Source: Promethearchaeota archaeon
GTDB taxonomy: Archaea > Asgardarchaeota > Lokiarchaeia > Sigyniarchaeales > SOKP01
Assembly (NCBI GenBank): GCA_030599585.1
Contig: JAUVNS010000015.1
Coordinates: forward strand, 32,001 to 96,000
Reading direction: 5' to 3'
Length of the DNA stretch: 64,000 nucleotides
Numbering within the stretch: the stretch's first letter is position 1; every line of letters starts with the position of its first letter. This document shows positions 51,672 through 61,078 of this stretch, piece by piece. The notes beneath the pieces are model-generated. The model searched no databases. It saw only the letters and a program-made list of their open reading frames with translations, and was not told the origin of the DNA. Both the position numbers and the translations under genes were made by a program.

Positions 51672-53195
51672 TCATCGAATTTGCATCAATTTTCTTATAT
51701 TATCTGGTATTCCGTAAATGGCTATAGACGCTAATAGTTTACTGAAATTTTTGAAATTTCTAATTAGTCTGTTATCCTCTATAGTATCAGCAGTCAAATT
51801 ACTGAGATCGTCTCTGCTACTTTGAATGTCTTCTTCCTTAGTTGGAATAGTTTTTGTATCTGTTCTGATCGGATTCTCAACAAAATAATTTGAATTAGGA
51901 GATTCATTATCATTCTTTTCTCTTCCCTTGTTATAACAGTATTGCATAGCACATGCGGTGTAATAAACTGACCAAGCTAATAACTTTTCAACTTTATCAT
52001 AGAATAACCGATGGATACTATTCTCTCTTCCATTATTTTCGATATCTTCCTTCCAATCCCAATAAATATCAGATGAATATGGTGTATTATTTAAATATAA
52101 CCCACTCTTCTCAGCTTCAAATAAATTACTACCTGTAAAAGGTATGTGTTGATGATTTCCATCAGTTCTAAAAGCGGTATTAATTGTTTCGAGAGCCATG
52201 AAGGTTGCAGCAAGACTTGGCGGAATCGGAATAATTGGACCAAGAATTGCTTTGTGTGTGTTCCATGAGAAGAAAACTGATTCAGGACCTCCATTAGATC
52301 CATATGATTTATCCCATTTTGTTAAACTTGCTAATTGATTTTCAAACCATGTGTGATACATAGTTTCAAGATAAACATGCTTGTGTGTTGATGATTTTAA
52401 GACATGTGCAGGTACCATTAGGTCCGCAATATAATGAGTCATTGCACCTAACCAACCTGCTGCTGCTTCAGGTTGCATTGCTGAAACTCTGTTTCCATCT
52501 TCGTCTATTTTTGTATTTCCAATAGACTTTATAGCTTCTTCTCCAAGCAATGTAATTTTACTTATACAGGCTGGATCTTCAAGACCAAAAACATACAAGT
52601 TATTACCAATATTTTCTTCTTTAAAATGAAAAAGATCTGTTCCACCTTGTCCAACCCATTTTCCCCCCCATCTCTCTAAATCTTTAACTCGTGTATCTTC
52701 ATTTTGGATGTAGATTTCTTGAATATCTGGATAGTCAGTTTTTTTCATATCTGGCATCTGTGTTGCAAAAAGAAAAGTGAAATAACCTCTAATTATTTCA
52801 TGTCGATTTGAGGAAGTAAAATAATTAGCTTTCCATGCTGGCCATTTGTTTCTAGCGATATCTGAGTTTATTAACCAAGTCCAATCACTGAAAAACAATG
52901 GATTCTTAATTACATCTCTTAATGTTCGCAATGCAGCATCTGCTATCCAATCGTGAGTTCCATAATGTGAACCATCATAGCCTTGTGCTCCAGGAACACT
53001 ACTTTTTCCAAAAACATATTCAGTTGGATTTTTAGGATGTCTATATCTATCATCTGTCATTACTGTGCCAGGAAATCCCATACCCCAATAATTAGGACCA
53101 TTATTACAAGCGATTGTATCCGAAATTAATACTCCAAAGACTATTACAAAAACTATAGCAGATAAAAATATTATGCTAATTTTCTTTTTATTTAT
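51672..53195 (-). CDS. Secreted Zn-dependent phospholipase C / P1-nuclease fold protein
   Basis: GTHDWIAD, MPD, LGAMTHYIADLMVPAH, HTWFE; frame extends upstream through a signal peptide to ATA 53195 behind GAGGTGA. Confidence 0.75.
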   Translation of the reverse strand: MNKKKISIIFLSAIVFVIVFGVLISDTIACNNGPNYWGMGFPGTVMTDDRYRHPKNPTEYVFGKSSVPGAQGYDGSHYGTHDWIADAALRTLRDVIKNPLFFSDWTWLINSDIARNKWPAWKANYFTSSNRHEIIRGYFTFLFATQMPDMKKTDYPDIQEIYIQNEDTRVKDLERWGGKWVGQGGTDLFHFKEENIGNNLYVFGLEDPACISKITLLGEEAIKSIGNTKIDEDGNRVSAMQPEAAAGWLGAMTHYIADLMVPAHVLKSSTHKHVYLETMYHTWFENQLASLTKWDKSYGSNGGPESVFFSWNTHKAILGPIIPIPPSLAATFMALETINTAFRTDGNHQHIPFTGSNLFEAEKSGLYLNNTPYSSDIYWDWKEDIENNGRENSIHRLFYDKVEKLLAWSVYYTACAMQYCYNKGREKNDNESPNSNYFVENPIRTDTKTIPTKEEDIQSSRDDLSNLTADTIEDNRLIRNFKNFSKLLASIAIYGIPDNIRKLMQIR

Positions 53196-53240
53196 CTCTT
53201 TTCACCTCTTATTTTATTTTTAGAATGTATATATTCGATT

Positions 53241-56200
53241 TTAGAAACCTCCCATGGTTATTAATTCATTAGCGAGGATAGAAAACCCTGAGTTAGTAAA
53301 ATAAGTAAAAAAACAGAAAACCATGATAAGTGTTGAAATGACGGTGTGTACAATCATAACTGTTTTGATATTTTTCGTCCCTACACTCGACCTCGCAGCT
53401 CCACTTGTTAGAACAAGAGTAGATGTTAACCCTACAACCGAGCTAAGAAACGAGACAATCATCATCGGATATCCTCCAAGTAAATCATTCCAAGTTGGCG
53501 GATTATTTTCTTGGGATGGTACAAAAATTCCGTCCTCATTTTCTTCCCAATTGGTTCCAGCTACATCGGAGTTTAAATCTACTATTAATAATGCCATTAG
53601 AAATCCTGAAAATTTAGTTATTAAATTAAAATTAAAACCACCTCCATCTTTGTTTGAGAAAATTAGTGCAGTAAGAAAACCTAGGCTTTTAACAAACATG
53701 TGGAACCCCAGGCCTATAAGAGAACCCATATCGGAAGTAGTGAAGGCAAAGTTAATATAAGCTAAGAAATCAAAAACAATGTTTACAGCTGCCATTGTAG
53801 CGGCGATAATTTGTGCAGCAATCTGGATTTTTGGTGACTTACAGACTGCTAAAAATGTTGTTGTTATATAGCTGACCGTCATGATTACTGCCCCCACTAT
53901 CCCCTCCATCCCTAAACCATTCGGGTGGCCATAGAAGAATGTATTTTTCATGTTCTCAAAGCTTCCCATATGCCATATCCGTTTATCCGTGTTGACTTTT
54001 GTGTTATGTGCTTGATTATCTTCTACTTCGAAGCTAAAACCCCACGCTCCGGATGTAAAGTTATAGGTGTTCAAATCAGAACTCTGTTCGTATTTATAGG
54101 CATAGTGTCCGTCTCCAAACACATCGATGAAATATTCATCGTATCCTTCGGGACCAGGACCGTAATGTCCTCCGGTCCACTTCATATTTATAGGGTTTAG
54201 TGGATCGTTTGGATGATCGAGGTTAAATAGCGTGAGTTTAGGGAGGAATTCAAATCCATTGTTCCAGTGTTGTTCATGAGTTCCGTCGGGATCTTCAATG
54301 TAAACCCAAAATCTTAATATAAATTCGTCAGAAACTGGTGATAGCACAGGTGATTCCGAGTCCTCGCTGAGTAATCGGTTCCAGGTTAAATCTTCGACGT
54401 ACCATTTCCAGATGATTGGTGGAAGGTTAGTTCCAATAATTCTCGGCTTAAGGAGTGGTCCTTCAAACCAGCATGGAATGTATTCAAACTCGATCCCCTC
54501 ATCAATATATTCGTCTTCTGGCTCTAGATTCTCTTCATCTTCGATAGTTTGGTAATCCCATAGGACGGACACCGAACCATCCGAAAAAACGGCTTCGTAG
54601 TAATAGTTAAGAGTTGTCGGTTCATCGATGGAAATGTAGTTGGAAAAATTGAGTGTTCTACTATAGGTATTAAAACTCATTTCTTCGTAATTGTAAGTAG
54701 ACGCTAGACTCATTGGGAAGGTAGTTATCGTTTCGTTTGGCCATTTCAATTTGAGATATACTTGTTCTGGTGTGAGTCTGTCGAGAAAGTCGCATCCGGT
54801 TGCGGTGAACTCGAACTCACTATCGATATATCCGGAGAAAGGATCTAAATATGAGCTTAAGAAATAGCTCCTGTTATCGTGGAATAGAGGACCGATTGCG
54901 TATCCACACCAGGGCCACCTCGTTGTTCTGTTCACGACGCTCGCTTTAGTAATAAAGCAATAGTGCCACTGTCCGTTTCGCTGATCGAAGTCGAAATCTT
55001 GCCCAAAGTCGACAGTGCGATTAAACCTTACCCAATTGTAATAGGTGTCAAACGACTGTCCCGGAGTTTCGTCCATCGAATAATTATAAACAATCCCAGA
55101 TGGACTTACGAGCACGAGAGTGACGTAGTCGGGAGCGTATCCTTGCGGTTGATGTCGGTATAAAGCGTGAAAGTCGTATCTTAGCCCTCCTAGGTGATCG
55201 TATCCGCAACCGAGCTCAGGTGGAGTAGTTACGTTGCTGTCAGCCCCCATGAAATCCTCGAGGATCGATCCGAGTTTCGTGTCCATAGTAAGAAGGGGGA
55301 AATAAATATCAAAGTATTCCCAGTAGGTCCATGTTATATACGCTTCGACTCGCACATCGTAGTCGGCCATTTCAAGTTCGATAAATGCTATGCGAGTATC
55401 GACTCCGTATGGTATAGCCCAGTTAATTCCCCAGTCGCACTCGAATTCGCTGAATATGCTTGTTAAATCGAGCGTAACTCCGATGCCCAAGAATATTATT
55501 GAAATAGTTAATACTTCGAGGGCAAGACAGATGTATGCAACCACGATTAAAGCAGCTCGAATGAGACACCAGAGGAGGTTTGCGAGGAAGGTAAGAAGAA
55601 TTAGTCCTACTCCGTTTGCATTGTTGTCGTTGAGTTGAGTTATACTTATAATAGTTAGCGAGAAGATCATAATGAGTCCGATGGTTGGTAGAATAAATGG
55701 TAGTAAGAATAACCAAAAGAACACGGGATTGTAAGGATTTGGAGCGTTTCCGTAAGAAGAATCTTCGTAGCCACCAGCCCACAGAATAAATTTCGAGACG
55801 GTGTTGGGCACATTGAGCAACACAGCGCTCGTCCCGTTAAATTTTGTAGAAACACAAGTATACGCAATACTAAGATCTGTTAATGTTTGGTTGTTTTCGT
55901 CAAGTGTTTGATTGATTGCGCAGGTGAGGAGGAGATCGAGCAGTTCCATGGCTTCTTGGGACGTCATTTGATATCTAACGAACACGAAATCTGCGTCTCC
56001 GCACTCCTCGTCAACAATGTTCCCATCCCTATCGATGGAGTAAAACTCAAACTCACCTTCAATATTGCTATAGAGTATTGTTTGGTCCAATAATCCGTTT
56101 TCTATGAACGCGTTGATTTTAGTTTTCGTGAACAAGCTGGTCGGGATTACGATGGCGTTTGCTCCTTGAACGAACGGGGTGCCTACTCCGGAATCGATTA

Positions 56201-59200
56201 TGTGTAATTGGAAGACGTTCATTCGTTCTTGTTGTTGGTAATGTCCGTTGAATAACGTATTGTTTTCCGAATAGATTGCTACGGTGTTAACTTTGTCTAC
56301 TGTAATTTTTTTTATGTTTACCATAATTTCGTCTGTTCTCCCGAATTGTCCGGTGTGTTGGGCAACAAGCGCTTGCGTTTCTAGAGAGGAATCAAGGTCA
56401 TAAAAATCAGAATACCACACTCCATCAAAGCGGTTTAAGTCTCCAAATACGATGATTTCCCATAGGGTGAAGAAAAATTGGACTTGGTTACTTTGTAGGG
56501 TCACATCGTCGCTAATATCTATGTAGTAGCGATATCCTTCTCCTTCGTTCCACCAAGCGGTGTGATGGGTGATGTAAGCACCTGCTCCGTAAGCTTCGGT
56601 CGTTGCTCTTTTACTAGTAGTGAAAAAGCCTACTTTATTGTTCTCGTCTACTCCATTAGGATCGATAATATCGTTGATCTGTAGGTAAATTCCAATTTTA
56701 AGCAATGGATCTGTAGTAGGCCATGCTTGATTTCGATAGCTCGCAAAGACGGGAGAAATTTCGAGAATGATATTTCTGAGGGGGTCTCTATCCTTCGTAT
56801 CAAATGCACCATCTCCATCGGTATCTTTATTGAGGGGGTTAGTGTTTGTAGTGAAAATTTCGTAGCTATCGCTCCACCCATCGGAATCCGTATCATGTAG
56901 TGCTGGATCTGTGATCCAGGCGTGAGTGTCAAGCGGTCCTGCTTCGATATAGGTATCTGTTTCAATGTAAAACTCGAGGAGGGCGAGCTGGTCTTGGTTC
57001 GCTTCCGAAGATTCTAGTCTCACAGTAAAGGAATATTCCCCATACACATCCAATATGGACTTATCTTGGAACAATTCAAACAGGTCAATTGTATTAGAGT
57101 ACCATTCGTAATTATCGTAGTTGTTCTGCTGGGTTATATCGATAAGAATGGATTTTTCCAACCTATTGTCTACATATTTTTTGGCGAGTTCAACTTCTAC
57201 GATCGTACCTGTATGGATTACCCCGATCGATTCAAACGCGAGATGAAGTTCAGCACTAAATATTCTCCCGATTTGTGGAATGTCTAATTGATAAGTCGTA
57301 GTTGTATTGGAGTTAAATTCTGTAGAATTAATAATTCGCTGAGTGGTGTCATATGTATCTTTTACGTCGATTTTCTGCGTTCCTTCCACGAGCAGATTCA
57401 TTTCCACTCCATCGAGTATTCCATCGTTGTCAAAATCCTCGTCGTGCGGGTCTAGATATCTACAAAATTCGAGTTCGAATTGTTCTACAAGACAACCGGC
57501 GGTAGGATCGTTCACTTCTAAAATGTAATTTCCGTAATAGTTAAAACTAAGAGAAATGTTATTCATGATTTCGCTGACATCAATCACGTGTGAGAAATAT
57601 CTCGTTCTATTTGTAGTGGTTTCGAATAAAATAGCGTTGTATCCTTCGTGTCGAATAGTTACGGTTAGGTTCTTCACGTTCTCGTCTTTAATACCGTATT
57701 CTTCATTTTGACTTGCTCCATATTCTCCAAAGGAGAGAGCTACTGATATTTGGGCGGTTGTTGCTTTTTGAAACATGTATGGAAAATGTAGCGAAACGGG
57801 ATTTGACACGTTTACTCTAATCTCGTGATTATTAGGATTTTCTAGTGTTACCGTATAGAACTTCATTTCGGAGCCATCTGACGCAAAATCTCGGTCGCAA
57901 TCTGCCTCTAAAGGGTTTGTTCTAAACCCTAAAAGCCCCCACCCGTAAAATTCTTCTCCGTCTTTAATTCCATCCATATCAGAATCCGAATTATTAAGGC
58001 TGGTGCCAATGTCTATCTCTATTTTATCTGATAGAAAATCGGCGTCTTGATCGTAATTAATAGGAAATGGGTCTATCGAGTCTTCTAATAAATCTCCATC
58101 CGAATCTTTTAGCCTAGGATTACTCCCGGTTTGATATTCTTCGTAGTCAGAGAGACCATCTCTATCGGTATCGAAAATTAAAGGCTCGCTAGAGACAAAT
58201 AAAGTTTTAGACCCTTCAAAGAAATTAATCGACACATTCCAGCCATAAAACTCAATCGAATCTTTCAGTAGGTCGTAGTCGCTGTCCTCGTTCAACGGGT
58301 TTGTGCCAATGGAAAGCTCTCCAATTCCAGAAGAGTCCAGTCCATCGCAAAGTCCGTCGCCATCTGTGTCGGGATTGACAAAATTAGTGCCGAGTATCCA
58401 TTGCTCGTACTCATCAGAAATGAGATCGTTATCTGCATCAGAAAAAGTTTCCAGAGATTCACCTGTGTGTCCTAATAATTGTTCAATATTATCTGGAACG
58501 CTATTTTTGTTATTATCGATAATGACATTTACGATAAAAATTGCCACGCTTTCTTTTCCGGAGGGATCTACGACTTTCACTTGCCCTCTATATATTGCAG
58601 TATCAGTACATGTAAATGTCATCGTGCTAGTTGCTTTCCCGATGTTGTCGCTATAGGTGTAGTTGTTGTCTCCATCGGTAATCTCCCAATAAAACTTCAA
58701 TTTATCAATGTCGAAAACGCTGTCATACCCGTAAGCATTGAGTTCCAATTTTTCTCCAATGTTGGGTCCGTTATACACATAGTTTGAAACGAAAACTTCA
58801 GGTGCGATATTATTTACCATTAATGTTATATTTTCCGAAGCTACTTGACCGTTTTGATTAGAAACATTTAAAGTAAAGCTGTAATCTCCATCGTCTAACA
58901 AGATTGAAGGGCGTTTATTGTTTGAGATATGAACACCGTTTTGATCGTACCACGAATAGGATAACGTAGGTTCGTTCTCTAACGAGTCGTACGCTTCCAC
59001 ATCTAGATTAACCATTTGACCTTCGATATTTTGAGGGAGCGTAAAGGGACCTAGAACCTCTAAATCGATCATTCCTTCAGTTTCATTCTTTTCAATACGA
59101 TAATTTTGATCATTATGGATATATATTGTTTTTGAAGTTCGATCCAATGCTCCATTATCGTCTTTAACGCATAGTTCGACGGTATATTGTCCGGAAGTAT

Positions 59201-60149
59201 CGTAAGCGTGGTTGACGTATTTTCCAAAGGCCGTGTGATTATCGCCAAAATCCCATATATACATTAGCGAATTATAATCGCTTTCAGTGTCAACACTTAG
59301 TTCTGCGTTAAATTCTATGCCGTCCTCTGATATTACTTGATCAAAGTAAGCTTCAGGATGTGTGTTAACAATTTCTATATATTCTGTTTTTTGAGATAAA
59401 GCGCCTTGATCGTCGAAAATGGTAATTGTAACTGGATATATACCTGCGTTTTCCCATTTATGAACTATTGAATTTTGAAGAGATGTTGTTTGGTTATTAT
59501 CTGCGAAATTGTAAGCATATTTTAGAGCTCCAAATTCTAAATCTACTCCGGATTCAATTAAGTCTACGACGCTTACCCTAGCAAGTTCGTCTTCGTGCGC
59601 GGAATTTGGTACCGAAACTTCAAATTGTGGAGCATTATTCTTGATTTCAATAAATAGTGCCTTACTGATAGAAAATCCATTTTGATTCCACACGTGAATT
59701 AAAGGCGTGTATTTTCCTTGTACATCATAGGAATGTCTAATGTTATTGGAACTGTGGTTTAACTCTACGCTCGTTCCATCCCCGAACACTATGGCTCCTT
59801 TCGAAAAACTTCCTATAACAGTCCAACTAAAGGTGATGTCTTCATTTACGTCTACTTCACGTTTATTGCCTTTGAACACAACATCAATGTTAGTTTGTAT
59901 TAGTATGAAATACAATCCAGAAAACATCGCGAAAAGCAGGACACCAATCAGTAACGAAGCCTTCGCTTTTCTGGACTTGAATTTTTTTACCAAGTTATTC
60001 CGCTTTTCTTGTTGGTACCCTGGCAAGCGAAGATTCTTCCGACTTTTCTTACCAAAAATTGTAGGTTGGAATGCTTGTTGCCAAAAAATTTGCCTTCTTT
60101 TTTCTCTTCTTCTTATCTTTTTAGCTGAATTTTCAGTTTTATTGGGCAT
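53241..60149 (-). CDS. 2302-aa membrane-anchored surface protein with PKD domains and DxDxDG Ca-binding repeats
   Basis: FGDG/WDFGD PKD motifs; many DTDGDG/DSDGD repeats; N-terminal, central and C-terminal hydrophobic helices. Confidence 0.85.
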   Translation of the reverse strand: MPNKTENSAKKIRRREKRRQIFWQQAFQPTIFGKKSRKNLRLPGYQQEKRNNLVKKFKSRKAKASLLIGVLLFAMFSGLYFILIQTNIDVVFKGNKREVDVNEDITFSWTVIGSFSKGAIVFGDGTSVELNHSSNNIRHSYDVQGKYTPLIHVWNQNGFSISKALFIEIKNNAPQFEVSVPNSAHEDELARVSVVDLIESGVDLEFGALKYAYNFADNNQTTSLQNSIVHKWENAGIYPVTITIFDDQGALSQKTEYIEIVNTHPEAYFDQVISEDGIEFNAELSVDTESDYNSLMYIWDFGDNHTAFGKYVNHAYDTSGQYTVELCVKDDNGALDRTSKTIYIHNDQNYRIEKNETEGMIDLEVLGPFTLPQNIEGQMVNLDVEAYDSLENEPTLSYSWYDQNGVHISNNKRPSILLDDGDYSFTLNVSNQNGQVASENITLMVNNIAPEVFVSNYVYNGPNIGEKLELNAYGYDSVFDIDKLKFYWEITDGDNNYTYSDNIGKATSTMTFTCTDTAIYRGQVKVVDPSGKESVAIFIVNVIIDNNKNSVPDNIEQLLGHTGESLETFSDADNDLISDEYEQWILGTNFVNPDTDGDGLCDGLDSSGIGELSIGTNPLNEDSDYDLLKDSIEFYGWNVSINFFEGSKTLFVSSEPLIFDTDRDGLSDYEEYQTGSNPRLKDSDGDLLEDSIDPFPINYDQDADFLSDKIEIDIGTSLNNSDSDMDGIKDGEEFYGWGLLGFRTNPLEADCDRDFASDGSEMKFYTVTLENPNNHEIRVNVSNPVSLHFPYMFQKATTAQISVALSFGEYGASQNEEYGIKDENVKNLTVTIRHEGYNAILFETTTNRTRYFSHVIDVSEIMNNISLSFNYYGNYILEVNDPTAGCLVEQFELEFCRYLDPHDEDFDNDGILDGVEMNLLVEGTQKIDVKDTYDTTQRIINSTEFNSNTTTTYQLDIPQIGRIFSAELHLAFESIGVIHTGTIVEVELAKKYVDNRLEKSILIDITQQNNYDNYEWYSNTIDLFELFQDKSILDVYGEYSFTVRLESSEANQDQLALLEFYIETDTYIEAGPLDTHAWITDPALHDTDSDGWSDSYEIFTTNTNPLNKDTDGDGAFDTKDRDPLRNIILEISPVFASYRNQAWPTTDPLLKIGIYLQINDIIDPNGVDENNKVGFFTTSKRATTEAYGAGAYITHHTAWWNEGEGYRYYIDISDDVTLQSNQVQFFFTLWEIIVFGDLNRFDGVWYSDFYDLDSSLETQALVAQHTGQFGRTDEIMVNIKKITVDKVNTVAIYSENNTLFNGHYQQQERMNVFQLHIIDSGVGTPFVQGANAIVIPTSLFTKTKINAFIENGLLDQTILYSNIEGEFEFYSIDRDGNIVDEECGDADFVFVRYQMTSQEAMELLDLLLTCAINQTLDENNQTLTDLSIAYTCVSTKFNGTSAVLLNVPNTVSKFILWAGGYEDSSYGNAPNPYNPVFFWLFLLPFILPTIGLIMIFSLTIISITQLNDNNANGVGLILLTFLANLLWCLIRAALIVVAYICLALEVLTISIIFLGIGVTLDLTSIFSEFECDWGINWAIPYGVDTRIAFIELEMADYDVRVEAYITWTYWEYFDIYFPLLTMDTKLGSILEDFMGADSNVTTPPELGCGYDHLGGLRYDFHALYRHQPQGYAPDYVTLVLVSPSGIVYNYSMDETPGQSFDTYYNWVRFNRTVDFGQDFDFDQRNGQWHYCFITKASVVNRTTRWPWCGYAIGPLFHDNRSYFLSSYLDPFSGYIDSEFEFTATGCDFLDRLTPEQVYLKLKWPNETITTFPMSLASTYNYEEMSFNTYSRTLNFSNYISIDEPTTLNYYYEAVFSDGSVSVLWDYQTIEDEENLEPEDEYIDEGIEFEYIPCWFEGPLLKPRIIGTNLPPIIWKWYVEDLTWNRLLSEDSESPVLSPVSDEFILRFWVYIEDPDGTHEQHWNNGFEFLPKLTLFNLDHPNDPLNPINMKWTGGHYGPGPEGYDEYFIDVFGDGHYAYKYEQSSDLNTYNFTSGAWGFSFEVEDNQAHNTKVNTDKRIWHMGSFENMKNTFFYGHPNGLGMEGIVGAVIMTVSYITTTFLAVCKSPKIQIAAQIIAATMAAVNIVFDFLAYINFAFTTSDMGSLIGLGFHMFVKSLGFLTALIFSNKDGGGFNFNLITKFSGFLMALLIVDLNSDVAGTNWEENEDGIFVPSQENNPPTWNDLLGGYPMMIVSFLSSVVGLTSTLVLTSGAARSSVGTKNIKTVMIVHTVISTLIMVFCFFTYFTNSGFSILANELITMGGF

Positions 60150-60223
60150 ATAAGCAATAAAAAGTGAATGTATATAAAAGAAAAATAGCTAAAAAAAAAA
60201 AATTTAATTTAGGAATATATCTC

Positions 60224-60382
60224 CTAATATTTTACTTGTTGTTCTAATCCACAACTTGCGCATACATACCTATTAGCCCTTAGTTGGACCGTGTTTCCTC
60301 CACATTCCATACATTTCTTTTTGGAAGAAACCCATTTAGGGCGTCCAGCAATTTTATCCATTCTTCTTGAAGATTTAGTCAT
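60224..60382 (-). CDS. Small basic Zn-ribbon protein
   Basis: CMECGG..YVCASCG. Confidence 0.65.
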   Translation of the reverse strand: MTKSSRRMDKIAGRPKWVSSKKKCMECGGNTVQLRANRYVCASCGLEQQVKY

Positions 60383-60652
60383 AATTACATGAAGACCTCT
60401 TTTGCAATTCATTACTCAAGATATGATTTGAGTATTCACTTTCCAAATTGCTAAGACCTCAATTCAATGAATTGGTAAAATTCTTCGCAGAAGAATCTCT
60501 AATAAGCGCTCTTGCTTGTTAGGGGGAGTCTTATTATATAGGGATGCTCTATTATCGCTTTTAGTCCTATATTATTACTTACTAGGTAATTTCACTATTT
60601 ATGTTTTCATGTTCATTCTGGAGTTTTAACTTAAAGTGAGCTGTTAGGTGTA

Positions 60653-60680
60653 GGGGTTGTGTTCCGGAGTTTTACTCCAA
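60653..60680 (+). repeat. Dispersed repeat core
   Basis: GGGGTTGTGTTCCGGAGTTTTACTCCAA; truncated copy AGTTGTGTTCCG at 61021. Confidence 0.85.
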
Positions 60681-60748
60681 ATTAAATTTTCTACCATCGT
60701 TTTTCTACAATAAAGTTAAATTTTTTTTTGGTTTATCTTATTATAGTT

Positions 60749-60994
60749 ATGAGGAGAAAGAACCAAGGGACCCTTTTGATAGTTGTTGGTGTAATGTTGA
60801 TAATTTTTTTTCCTGTTTCTTCGGTGTCTAATGGTATAGGTTCGATTGGGCTTTTTTTTCCGTACGATCCGTTATCTTATTGGATGATTTGGTTGATACA
60901 GTATGGCGTGTTATCTATTATTATGGGTATAATTGGCGTGTATTTTATTGTTACTGGGTATCGGTATAGAAAATGGTATCGGGAAGTTGAGTAA
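60749..60994 (+). CDS. Small two-TM membrane protein
   Basis: Two hydrophobic helices; lies between repeat cores. Confidence 0.6.
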   Translation: MRRKNQGTLLIVVGVMLIIFFPVSSVSNGIGSIGLFFPYDPLSYWMIWLIQYGVLSIIMGIIGVYFIVTGYRYRKWYREVE

Positions 60995-61078
60995 CGATTT
61001 TATCGAGATCGAAGTTGAGAAGTTGTGTTCCGATTATTATCTTTTTAATACCTATTCTCTATCTTAATGAGTCAATTC

